Of a stretch of DNA of 64,000 bases, positions 13,701 through 26,096 are shown piece by piece. The stretch covers positions 129,587,741-129,651,740 of the forward strand of contig CM041465.1 of the NCBI GenBank assembly GCA_023213395.1. Direction: 5' to 3'. Source of the DNA: Cycas panzhihuaensis. Lineage: Eukaryota; Plantae; Cycadophyta. Within the stretch, counting starts at the first letter, position 1. The number at the start of each line of letters is the position of its first letter. The notes under the pieces are model-generated. The model was not told the DNA's origin, ran no database searches, and saw nothing but the letters and a program-made list of their open reading frames with translations. The translations under genes were made by a program, and so were the position numbers.

Positions 13701-14304
13701 TAATGCTTCAACAACATTCCAAAGAATTATCGTGCATTTATTTGAACAAGTCTCATTAGGATCAGTTAAATTATTCTTGGATGATTGGTTAGTTTATGGA
13801 AGCATTGAGGACCACTTGCCATTATTAAAGGAGTGTTTAGAAATATGCAAAAGAGCCAGTTTATTATTAAATTTGGAAAAGTGTTAATTTCTAGTCCCTT
13901 ATGGCAAGTTATTGGGCCATATTGTTTGGTTGTAAGGTTTGAAAACAAATCTTGATAAGTTAAAAGTCATAATGAACTTATCACCACCAACAAATGTAGC
14001 AGAACTTCGAGCATTCTTAGGGCATATTGGATACTGTTGATGGTTTATAAAAACTTCGCCAAAATTGCAAATCCATTAAAAGAACTATCAGATAAAGTAA
14101 CAAAGTTTGTATGGCAAAATGAACAATAAAAGGCATTAGACAATCTAAAAGGGAGACTTATTACAGTTCCAATCCTGGGCTTTCCAGACTAATCCAAGGA
14201 GTTCTACATCCATGTTGATGCATAGCAAATAGTGATATGATGTACACTGGCTTAGGAAGGAAGTCACAAACTTGACTTGCCCATTTATTTTGCAAGTAGG
14301 AGAC
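10735..14304 (+). pseudogene. Gypsy gag-pol pseudogene (capsid, four Zn knuckles, protease, RT, RNase H)
   Basis: LPTFSREADEDPTHH...TLRSIANDWY (capsid), CHICKMNNHHTNEC and related knuckles, MVDGGTWVNII (protease), FLDGFSSYNQI and FLDDWLVY (RT), IHVDA (RNase H). Many stops and frameshifts. Confidence 0.9.
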
Positions 14305-14831
14305 TGTTAGAGTGGCATGTTATCCACTTAACCCAACTAATGTAAATGTGGTTAATTATTGTGCGAATATTATGATGTAATAATGTGATATTATTGTGAG
14401 CCGATGGATGTAATATCATTGTAACATATGAGTCACTTATGGTTCTATTTAAAAGGATCCAAAGTCCATTGTACTTTACGATTATGTATCAATGTAATCC
14501 ATACTCTGTGGTGGGTTTTTATTGTGAGTTTTTCCACATTAATTTTGTTGTGTGCTTGTTCATTTCGTGCTTGTTGTGTACATAAAATATTAGTTTGTTT
14601 GTGATTTCTAACATGGTATTAGAGCAGGTGCTAGGGTTCAAGTTACCTCGAGTTCGATTTGGAGGTGGGTGTTGGAGTATCCCGTTCCCCCCTTGGGTGT
14701 ATCTAAACTGTCCTCTCATCTTCATGGGTGTATTGACCTGGGGTTGATCTTGGGCATGTCAGTGGGTTATGTCGAGACCAATTCCACCTGGGTCTTTTGG
14801 CACTACAACAACTCCTACATGGTATCAGAAC
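14305..14831 (+). mobile_element. LTR(309 bp)-PBS-short spacer-PPT-different LTR(150 bp)-PBS; TRIM-like chimera
   Basis: TGTTAGA(14305)...TCTAACA(14613), PBS TGGTATTAGAGC, GGAGGTGGG, TGTTGGAGT(14670)...ACTCCTACA(14819), PBS TGGTATCAGAAC. Confidence 0.7.
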
Positions 14832-15186
14832 ACACACAAGAAATGATTCATGCACAAAGAACCATTGGACTCGAGAAAGACCTTCATAAAAGGCACAAAT
14901 AGATTAATGATCTATCAATGGAATTGCGAGAAGAAAAAGTACGTCATGAACAAGTTCTATAATGCATACGAATGGATATTCCAATTGTACCTTGGATATG
15001 ACCCACATTTGACACTGTGTCTGGGCCTATACATGACCATATCTAGAATAGTTTGGAGTATTCAAAAGTATTTTGGGTGGATACAAGCCCCACAACATGT
15101 TTTCCCTATAGGCCAACACAAAAAGGGCCTATAGTAGCTTGTTGTCTAAGCTACTTTAGGCTATTGTTTTCTACTCAAAGGACAAC

Positions 15187-15248
<62 letters not shown>
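15187..15248. repeat. (TA)n(GA)n compound microsatellite
   Basis: Directly visible. Confidence 0.95.
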
Positions 15249-15249
<1 letters not shown>

Positions 15250-17810
15250 CCATTCCTTGCCTTCGCCATTACTTTGGGTGCTTAGTTAGGTGTTTGTGGT
15301 GCTGGGCAACTGGTTTTAAGTATTGGTAGCTTGTTTGCTTGTGGATAACTAGCTTTGCTCGTGGGTAGCCTTTTTTTGCAAGTGGATGCCTTGTTTTCCC
15401 TATGGGCAACTTGCTTTTGTTTGTGGTCATCTAGTGTAACTTATGGGTAGCATTCTTTTGCAAATGAGCACCATTTTCATCATTGCTTGTGTAGGTTTGG
15501 AGGTATGAGCACATGTTACAGACTTTCAGTGATGTCGTTGGCATTGGAGCTTTTCCTCTCTATATAAGAATCTTGTTCCCCTTATTTATGCCAAGACTAT
15601 TTGCACTTTCCTTTGTGCACCAATAGCAACCTCATCATCTTTGATTGGCAGTGGAAGTGCTGGTCGTAGGAGGAGAGGATGCGTTGTGGTGGTTGAAGAA
15701 CCCATTGAGACATTATTGTGGAAGTATTTTGGGAAGCCCACTTCAATGGTGAAAGGAGGCAGGGGATGTTGCTTTTTGAAATGCAACGATTGCAAGTTCA
15801 TTTTTAGTTGTTCTTATCCAAGAATCAAAGCCCATTTGACGAGTCATAGTGGTGTTGAGATCCAAGTGTGCAGCCTAGTCAATCAAGCTAAGGATGCAAG
15901 GTTTGTTCAAGTGTAATATCTACTAAAAGAGCTAAGGCAACAAGGAAACTTAATCTAATGACTAAGGGGCCTCAATTTCACAATTCATCCAATGTGGCTG
16001 TGCCCATGATTGTGGCGAAAGGTCATAAATGACAAAATACATGTTGTGAATAGAAGGAAGGAAGTTGGTATCAGGTTGGACGTTATAGTTAAGTGTGTGG
16101 GCTTCTATTTTCTCTCATTTGCTCCTCATATTGGCATGATATGGTGCAAGCAATGAATGATAGACCAATTCGCTACAAGAACAATACATTTGAGTGAGAG
16201 AGAGAGAGAAGCTATTCCTTGCCTTCGCCATTACTTTGGGTGCTTAGTTAGGTGTTTGTGGTGTTTGTGGGCAACTGGTTTTAAGTGTTGGTAGCTTGTT
16301 TGCTTGTGGATAACTAGTTTCGCTCGTGGGTAGCCTTTTTTTGCAAGTGGATGACTTGTTTTCCCTATGGGCAACTTGCTTTTGTTTGTGGTCATCTAGT
16401 GTAGCTTATGGGTAGCATTGTTTTGCAAATGAGCACCATTTTCATCATTGCTTGTGTAGGTTTGGAGGTATGAGCACATATTACAGACTTTTAGTGGTGT
16501 CGTTGGCATTGGAGCTTTTCCTCTCTATATAAGAATATTGTTCCCCTTATTTGTGCCAAGATTCTTTGTATCTTGTTTACGCCTTTATTTATTTGGTGCA
16601 CATATCTTGGCTTCCCTTATTTGTGCCAAGACTATTTGCACTTCCCTTTGTGCACCAATAGCAACCTCATCATCTTTGATTGGTGGTGGAAGTGTTGGTC
16701 GTAGGAGGAGAGGATGTGTTGTGGTGGTTGAAGAACCCATTGAGACATTATTGTGGAAGTATGTTGGGAAGCCCACTTCAATGGTGAAAGGAGGCAGTGG
16801 ATGTTGCTTTTTGAAATGCAACGATTGTAAGTTCATTTTTAGTTGTTCTTCTCCAAGAATCAAAGCCCATTTGACGAGTCATAGTGGTGTTGAGATCCAA
16901 GTGTGCAACCTAGTCAATCAAGCTAAGGATGCAAGGTTTGTTCAAGTGTAATATCTACTAAAAGAGCTAAGGCAACAAGGAAGCTTAATCTAATGACTAA
17001 GGGGCCTCAATCTCACAATTAATCCAATGTACCTGTGCCCATGATTGTGGAGAAAGGTCATAAACGCCAAAATACATGTTGTGAATAGAAGGAAGGAAGT
17101 TGGTATCAGGTTGGATGTTATATTTAACTGTGTGGACTTCTATTTTCTCTCATTTGCTCCTCATATTGGCATGATATGGTGCAAGCAATGAATGATAAAC
17201 CAGTTCGCTACAAGAACCATACATTTGAAAGAGGACACTCTACCATGCTTATCGAGGAAAGGAAACTTGTGGAGTACTGAATCGATCCAATTCATGCAAG
17301 TTGGAATGCTATAGGGGCCTATGTTATGCTTGATGAGTGGACAAATGCAACAAATAGGTCACTTGTCAATCTCATTATCACCTATATAAAGTGTTGGCAA
17401 AGAGAAGAACACAATTCATTACGAGCGTGCTCACATCATACAAGCAATTGAAATTGTGGGGCCATCGAATGTGTTGTGAGTCATTATAGAGAATGCACAT
17501 GTTTGCAAAGGAATGGCCATGATTGTGGAAAGTCGATGCTCCATATGTCGTTCATAGTTTGAATCTGGCACTGAATAAGACCAACATAGTTCCTTGGATT
17601 AAGGAAATCCGTGATGTAGGGAAGCAGATTGAGATGTTTGTCACTGCCCATGGGCAGACACATGTAATCCTTGAGACATACTCTCGACTAACAATCTTGA
17701 AGGTTGTAGAAACATAGTTTGCAATTTATTTTATCTTGCTGAGGCAATTATGTGAAGTTAAGGAGACCTTGGGAAACATGGTGTTTTCAAAGCATGGACA
17801 GAGTGGAGGG
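15240..17810 (+). pseudogene. hAT-superfamily transposase fragment (BED finger + DUF659-like), 5' part tandemly duplicated
   Basis: LWKY...CNDC...SYPRIKAHL (BED finger, two copies), MLDEWTN...RSLVNLI, IEIVGPSNV, VHSLNLAL, LKVVET*FA. Copies at about 15240-16194 and 16200-17228. TIRs not identified. Confidence 0.85.
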
Positions 17811-18948
17811 CTTTAAATAGTGAAATACACACTAATTTTTGTCATTTATGGTTTTTTATTGTTTTGTGATGTATGAATATTGAGTGTTGAATCTTGATAA
17901 ATCATGGTTATTGATTTTAGATTTGTTATAGTTTGTTTTAGATGTGTCATGTATATATTTATAATTTTGTGTGTGTGTGTGTGTATATTTTTTTCTTTTT
18001 TGAAATCCCTAATTTTGTAGTATTTTCGTAAGTTGGAATTTTAAGAATTATTTGTTCCCATCTTTCTAGTTACTTGGATTTCCAATGAAGCTGCTTAGTT
18101 TTCTTTATTGGGGTAAAATGGAAGGGCAATGCCATTGAGCAATCTTCAATGATGCTATTTAATTTCCCTTGACATGCCAACATGCTTGAGAACAAGGACT
18201 AGAAGTAGATCATCATGTGTGCTATATTGTATTTAGTTAAGGATTTCACTATTTGACTTTGGGGGGAATTCCTTGATCATTATTGCTTGTTGTTGCTCAC
18301 TTTACTAAAGTGTCATCAACATCCTCTAATTCTCAACTTTAAGGTAGACTAGTGATTGGCATTTTTTATGGGCCTCACATGCTGCCATTGTCTACGCATC
18401 CCCTTGGCAACCCCCTATTGTAATTTATTGTAGACCTTGTTTCTTCTCTTTCACTCTTAGCATGGTATGTCAAGTTGCCCACAAATTGCAAATTGGGAAG
18501 GCTAAGGATATGGACCTTCTACAATTTGAGCTCTTGACACATGGTATTGATTATTTGTTGCCTCTTATGATTTAATTTGTTCAATGAGACAATTTGCGTA
18601 AGGTTCCCCCCCTAGTTGGGCATATCACATCATACACCCCATTTTTAAAGGGGTAGATGCTATTGTTTCGAGGAATTACAAAACTATCATGATTGAGCAT
18701 ACTATGCCCAAACATTATGCTACAATATTAGGCAATTGCATTTTAGAGTTGGCAAATAGAGGTTGACTAGATCTAAAAGGTCACATTAGTTTCTAATAGG
18801 ATTATTTAATCCTTGATGTAGTGGTATTCACCACCACAATGCTAATGGCAAATACAACAATTGATTTTGATTAGAGTGGCATCCCTTAAATAGGGGAAAC
18901 TTGGGAATTGTTGGCTTGGACGACTTCCTCCCATGCTTGACTTGCTAC

Positions 18949-19641
18949 ATGCACTCCCCTCTTAAGAAACTTTGTCCCCAAATTTTGGTTTAGGCTCGAG
19001 TAGTTTTGGATGAAGCTCTTTGGCTTCCATGTCGAGTCCTCTATGATTAGGGCTTTCCATTTAATTAGGTACTTTCTTATTGTTTTGGATTAGAATTGCT
19101 TTTCTTTTACTTCTAGAATGCCTTTGGCTTAAGGTAGACTTCACCCTCCTCATCCATCATAGGCACTTCTATTTGGTGTGACACTGTATTGCCCAACTTT
19201 TTTAGATACAACACATGGAATAAATTGTGGATTCGACCTTTTCTAGGCAAATTGATGTTGTATGCTATGCCACTTGCCTTTCTTATGATTCTAAATGGGC
19301 GACAGAATTGTGAGACTTTTTTTGATTATCTCAGTTTTTTTATGTTAGTTGCTTGTATGGTTGTGGGTGAATGAAGACTGTTTGTCCTTTTGAAAATGCT
19401 TTTTATGTTATGTGTTGGTTGGCTTCTTGTTTCATATTGTTTCTTGCAGTTGTCATGTTGTCTTTTAGGGCCTTAATTATATTTTGAGATTTCTTGAAAG
19501 TGATTTTTACTACTTGGACATTAGTGTCTAGGTTTAGGCATTATTTTATTGAAGGGGATGGGTAATTGTACAATGCCATAAAAGGTGTCATTTTTATTGA
19601 TGCATTGTAAGTCGTATTGTGTCAAAACTTGGGCAAGTAAA
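18949..19641 (-). mobile_element. Chromovirus Gypsy fragment 1: integrase C-terminus, chromodomain, PPT, start of 3' LTR
   Basis: Minus strand reads GRIHNLFHV and ILEVKEKQF*SKTIRKYLIKWKALIIEDSTWKP, then AAGAGGGGAG PPT and TGTAGC at 18949. Far end of the LTR unresolved. Confidence 0.8.
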
Positions 19642-22600
19642 TGTAAAACTCACAAATGATCAATGCCATTAATGAGGGAGAACCCTCTATGAATATAGTA
19701 CAACATACAAGAGTTTTGGACAAGGCTCAATGCATGAGTGCCACTTGTCACTATATAACAGAAAGGGGGAAGATGACACATAACCCTTACAATAGTACAT
19801 TAGAGAAATGTTTTATGAGTCCTAGATAAAACATTACTCCTAACACCCTCTCCTAATGTTTTATCTCTTTTATTCCTAATTTGTCTCTGAAGAATTAAAA
19901 CTTGTCTTCGCTCAATAGATTTGTGAATATGTCGGCTATCTACTCCTTTGATATGCAATGTAATAGTTCAATCTCTTTTCTTTGAATTTTCTCCCTTATA
20001 AAATGATGTTGAACCTCTATATGTTTTATTCTTGCATGAAAAACAGGATTTTTGGTCATCTTGATAGTGCTTTGATTATCATAGAACAAGATGGTAGGCG
20101 ACTTCTGCTCTTGACCCGAGTCTTTTAACAATTGCCTGATCTAGATTGCTTCGCAGGTTGCACTAACAGTTGACTTGTATTCAACTTCTATAGAAGGCAA
20201 GGCAATTGTGGGTTATTTTTTACTTCTCTAGGAAATTACTGTTGATCCTAAAGAAAAACAATAGCCCATCGTGGATTTTCTTTATGTTCTGTCTCTTGCC
20301 CAGTCTGATTCAATGTAACCTGTTAGCTGCATAATTTGCATAATTCAACCCAAGATTTATTGTTCCTTCTAAAGTATTTGAGTATTCATTTTGCTGCATT
20401 CCAGTGTGACACTTTTGGCTCCTACATAAACATGGAAATTACTCTGACTGAAAAGGAGATGTTTGGTCTAGTAGTAGTGAGATAGATCAGATTTCCAACT
20501 AGCTGTCTATATGTGGTTGCATTTGCTGTTTGTCTTTTTGTGTTAGGATTTAGTATACAAATTGTTTCCATAGGTGTGACACAACTATTACAATTTTCCA
20601 TTTTGAATTTTCTAAGCACATTCCTGATGTACTTTGATTGAGATGGAATAACGGAGTCTTTTATTGTGTTACCTCAATGTAGTGTCCTAAGATCGGTCAT
20701 TTCAAAGACTTTTTCTGACTGACTTTTGATAAATGCAATTGAGTCAACATCACTTCCTGTAGGTAGCATATCATCTACATATACTACTATAATGGTTATT
20801 TGTCCTTTATTGAATTTTACACACAAACTTGGGTCGATTCACACTTGTGAAAGTTATTGTGAACAAGATATCTGTCCAACTTTGCATACCATGCTCTTGG
20901 AGCTTGTTTGAGCCCATACAAGGCTTTCTTCAGCTTGCACACTAGATTTTCTTATCCTGATTTTGCGTATCCTTCAGGTTGATACATACACACCTCCTTT
21001 TTTAGGTCTCTATTTAAGAAAGCACTCTTGACATCAAGCTAAAATATTTTTCAATTTTGTTGAGCGGCCAATGCAATTACTGTTCTTGCAGTATTTAGTT
21101 TATCTACTGATGAGAATGTTTTTTCATAATCTATACTTGCAGTCTAAGTGTATCCTTTGGCAACCGGTCTTGCTTTGTACTTTTCAATTTCCCCATTGGG
21201 TTTTTCTTTTACTTTGTATACCCATTTGCAATTGACAACGGGTTTATTTACAGGAGGTTCAACTAGTTCCCATGTTTTATTTTTAGTAATTGCTGCAATT
21301 TCAGCATCCATTGCTGTTCTCCATTCTGAATGTTGACTAGTTTCTTCATATGTAGTAGGCTCAACTGAGCAGACCAATGCTTGATACTTTTGAGACTTTG
21401 TTCGATGCTCAAAAACATCCCCTTTAGCTTCTTCAAAAGTTTTAAGATACCATTTTGTTATCTTCTTAGGGGCTTGCTCCTTTGACATGATCCTTTGCTC
21501 TTCTTCTTCAGGAATGTTTTCTACAACATAAGGGCTACCTTGCTTGCTGTCTGGAGATCCGACTTCAAGAGTTTCACTACTTGAGTCAATATTCTCTTAA
21601 GTGATTTTAGAGTCTTCATCTTAAGAAGTTGGAGTAGGCTTAACTGAAGTTTTTGCCATTGTTTCTATTTCTTGATATATTTTTTGACCGCTTTCAGGGC
21701 TTTCATCAAATACTACATCTTTGCTGCCATAAATCCTATTGGTTTTTGGATCTATGCACTTGTAGGCTTTTGATTTGATGTCGTAGCCTATCATTATACA
21801 TTTTGTGCTTTTACCATCAAGTTTAGTTTGTTTTTTATCTGGAATATGGACATGTTTTGCAACCAAAATCTTTGAGATTACTTCCATAAAGCTTTTGTCT
21901 AGTCTAGACTTCTTCTGGTGTGATTTTGTGCAGAGCTTATGTTGAACTCTTGTTTATCAGATATACTGCAGTGTTGACGGCTTCTGACCAATATGTTTTA
22001 GTGACCTCCCTGTCTTGAATTAGACATCAAGTCATTTCTAGTATTGTCCTATTCATCTGTTTTGCTACACCATTTAATTGAGGTGAATAGGGTGTAGTTA
22101 CCTGCCTACGGATTCCATGGATTTTACAAAAATGATGGAATTCCTTTGACATGTATTCGCCCCTAGCATCAGATCGAATACATTTGAATTTATTATTACT
22201 TTCTAATTTTACTTCTGCCTTAAATTCTTTGAAGTGATCAGACACTTCTGATTTGTTAATCAGGAAATAATTCCAAGTTTTATGGAGAAAGCATTGATAA
22301 AAGCAAGAAAATACTGAGCGCTGTTTATTGAATTTGGTGTAATAGGGCCGCAAAGACCCAAGTGAATCAATTTCAACTTGTTTTGTGCGTGCCACGTGCT
22401 TCTTGAAAAAGGAGTCCTGTATTGTTTTTCCATCATGCAACTTTTACATACAAAGGAACTAAATGACGCATTTGGTAACCCATTCACTGTGTCAGAATTT
22501 TTTAATAATTCTAACCTATCATTTGAGATGTTCCCATACTTCAAATGCCAGATTTCATTATCATTTTTGCTTGTAACAATAAGCGATTTTACATTAGGTG

Positions 22601-24889
22601 CAGGTGTAACAAGACCTTTTTTAGGTAGGATAGGTGTAGAGAGCAACTTATAAAGATTGTTGCACTCTATCCCTTTTGCAATTGCAATGCCATTTCTTTT
22701 CATATTTAATATAAAACAATGCCTGTTTTCATCAAATATGGTCCTCAATTTCTTCTTTCCTAGCTAAGACACAGACAACATGTTCTTTTTCATCCCAGGC
22801 ACAAAAATTACATTGCCAATTCGTTGTATTTTCTCATAATTTCAATAGCAATCATCCCAATGCCTTATATATGAAGAGGGAAATTATCACCCCACTCAAC
22901 AGATCTATCAGATGGATATGGTTTTAGAGTTTCAAACCATTCTTTTCAGTCGATCATGTGATTAGAAGCTCTCGAGTCAACATACTAGTTATTTGCTGCT
23001 TTGGTGTAGCAACAATGACTACAAACCTTGTTTTGACTTCATCTTCTTCTATATCCTATTCCTTCTCCTTGCTATAATGACTTGTGATCTGCTTCCCTCT
23101 CTGAATTTAAGCACGTCTGTGAGGGCATTGATAAGGAAAGTATTCAGATTATTTGTAATGATAGCAGACATCAAAGGCTTGACAATTGCTTGAAAAATGA
23201 CCAGGTTTCCCACGGTTGAAGCAGACTCTTGATTCTCATGGGGGAGTAGATCTTGCTCTACCACTTCCTTTTGTTCATCGTCCTCTGGTGCCTAGTAAAG
23301 GTGTTCTGCCTCGGGCCCAAAAGTTGAGCTATCCTTGTCCTATGTTGCCCAAGTTAAGTTTGGACACAAATGCTTCTACATCTGCATCTTTTTCGTACCT
23401 TTTATTTCTCTGTTCTTGATTTAACATGTGTCTTGTTAGGGCTTCAAAGGTCATTGTTGCAGTTTGACCTCCTCCTGTTAGCATGTTGACCATATTGTCA
23501 AAAGATTTGGGTAGTTTATTTAACACCAGATGAACCAGTTTTGTGTCAATTATCTTATCTCTAGTTGTGATAAGATTGTTTTTGACCCTGTTTACTTTGG
23601 CAACAAATTCTGAAACAAGTTGATTTTCCCTCATTCTTAGCTTATACTATTCTTCCCTAATAGCAATTATTTGGGCCTTATTTCTTTGACTGAACAAAGA
23701 TGTCACTACTTTCTAGATTGTTGGGGAGGTTTCAACGCCATCTACATAGGATAGAAGTGAATCTGAGATCAAGAGCTTAAGAATAACAATAGCTATATTA
23801 TCTTTTCCTCCTAGGTTATCTTATCAACAATGTTAGTAGGTTTCATTTCCTCCCTGATTACAATTGTCCATGCACTTTTTGCTCTTAGGAGTCCCTCTAT
23901 TTTGATTTTCCAAACACTAAAATTGGTTTCAATGAGCTTATTAGCTTTGACAAGTGCAATTATAGATGAGGCCATTTTGAATTCACTGAAATTGAGCAAG
24001 GAAGGAGTTGGCAACAATATTTATGAGCTGTACGACGTATGGTATGAAAATATACAGAAAACACAGGTGTACGAATTCAAGAAAAAGGGGGTGCAAATGA
24101 AAGCCCTTGTTATGTAGAATCTATATCTGAAGAAATTTTCTCGAAAGTTTTTCTAGTTTGAGTAGAAATTAAGGTCAAATCCCTAACTAGCGACTAGGGT
24201 TTTTAAGCAAAAACACTTGTAACTTTCAAAAACCTCTGATAGAAAACTTAAAATCAGTCTCAAACGAAGCGTATTGAAGAGGAGAAGATTTTATGATAGG
24301 TATTACCTGGAGATTTGAAGTGAAACCAAAGAAATCTTTGGTGGAAGATCCAAACTTGCGCCCCCTGAAACTAGTGAAAAATTGCCTGAAAGACTGGTTA
24401 TTTGCAGTCAATCTTTGGAGAAAGATGGACGGCCTTGATGAGACGAGTCTTTTGGTAAATTTTCAAGTGATTCTGAGCACTTTGAAAATTTTGGCCTGTA
24501 CAACCCATACTTGTCCGTACATGTCTATACAATGTCTGCTCTATCCATACTTTGTCTGCTTGATAATTGATTGACAATCTGCTTCAATATTAGACTTGGC
24601 CTTCCTTGATTTATCTCAAAACCTCTAACTAGTTCTTCTTCAGAAATCTTACAGAGTTTGTATCTAGGCGAGCAATTTGCCTTGCTGTGATACCATGTAA
24701 AACTCACAAATGATCAATGTCATTAATGAGGGAGAACCCTCTATAGATAATAGTACAACATACAAGAGTTTTGGACAAGGCTCAATGCATGAGTGCCACT
24801 TATCAGAAGGGGGAAGATGACACATAACCCTTACGATGGTACATTAAAGAAATGTGTTATGAGTCCTAGATAAAACACTACTCCTAACA
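19642..24889 (-). mobile_element. Ty1/Copia element A, full length, decayed (LTRs 19642-19845 and 24696-24889)
   Basis: LTRs about 95% identical plus a short indel, TSD GTAAA/GTAAG, Met PBS 24684-24695, PPT GGAGAGGG. gag starts at 23975 (MASSIIALVKANKL); integrase, RT (CKWVYKVK...KYKAR) and RNase H (DNQS) present. Confidence 0.95.
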
Positions 24890-26096
24890 GTAAGACCATT
24901 TGACCCATCTATTTTGTTTATCACCGGTGTAGTTTCTTAGGTATGTCTCTAAACATTTGCTCACCGTTTATATTTGTTTGTTGGTCTAGGGATGGTATAT
25001 TGTGCTTGTGTTTATTTCTGTGCCTATTATTCGAAAGAATTATTGTTAGAAGTTGCTTTGTGAGCTTGGGGTCCTATTGCAAACTATTTTTTTGGGTATC
25101 CCATGGAGTTGATATATTACTTTTGTGAATAATTCTACTATTTAAGGTGCTTTGTTCATTGAATTGGTTAGTATGAAGTGGGCATATTTGGTTAGTATAC
25201 TGACTACCATGAATATTACATCTTTCCCATCGCAGAGGGGAAGTATTTGTAATGAAGTCTATGGATATGTCTTCCCATTTTTGATTTGGCATGGGAAGGG
25301 GTTGTAATAGGCTCGGCGTTGGTATTGTTTCAAGTTTTTGTCATTGGCATGTATCACACTCTGCCTCATACTTCTCTATTGTTTGTTTCATTCTTGGCCA
25401 AAATAAGATGCTTTTGATGTTAGTATGCAATTTTATTCTTCTAATTTGTCATGTTGCTAGATTGTCATGGAATTCTCATAGTATTTTATTTATGAAAGGA
25501 GACCCTTATAGTATAAAGACATGATCGTTATAGAAGATAATTCCATTCCTTTATTCCTAGTTAGGCATTTGTGCCCTTGTTTGAATTTTTGCAATGATAG
25601 ATGTGACCTCAAAAATATTCATGGTAATGGTCTTGGATTTTCTTTCTTCAACCTAGTTCGAAGATTGTCGTGGCCGATATTGATGCTTCATCATGTTTTC
25701 TAGATAAGGTATTTATAATTACACTTCTTATGCCCTTTTTGTATACGATCTCAAAGCCAAAGTCTTGAATCTTGTCTATCTATTTCCATTGCTCCTTTGA
25801 CAAGTTGGGTTGTTGTAATAAGTATGAGGTTACTTTGGCAAATTTTAACTATAAGGTTGTCGCCGAACAATATTGCCACCATTTCTGCATGGTATGTATT
25901 ATGGCTAGAATGTCTTTTTTATAGATAGGGAGCCTTCTTTTTCTATCACTTAACCTCCTACTTTTGAATGATATTGGGTGGTTATTTTGCACTAGGCTTG
26001 CTTTAATATTTATGCCAAACACATCACATTTTAAGACAAATGGTTCGTCGAAGTTTGGTGTGGCTAAGATTGGGGTTGTTGTCATTACTTGTTTAA
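24890..26096 (-). mobile_element. Chromovirus Gypsy fragment 2: RNase H and integrase N-terminus
   Basis: MTTTPILATPNFDEPFVLKCD...SRRLSD and MPNQKWEDISIDFIT. Collinear with fragments 1 and 3 once A and B are removed. Confidence 0.85.

Larger units (their letters stand above)
9050..14304 (+). mobile_element. 3'-truncated non-chromoviral Ty3/Gypsy element (Gypsy 1; putative 5' LTR 9050-10013)
   Basis: LTR termini TGCTAG...CTAGCA, then decayed gag, protease, RT and RNase H, cut at FASRR by an LTR at 14305. No integrase or 3' LTR found. Confidence 0.8.

Noticed and set aside
14670-14819. Cassandra TRIM carrying 5S rRNA
   Set aside because: No 5S A/C-box sequence (AGTTAAGCG...GGATGGGTGACC) in either LTR.
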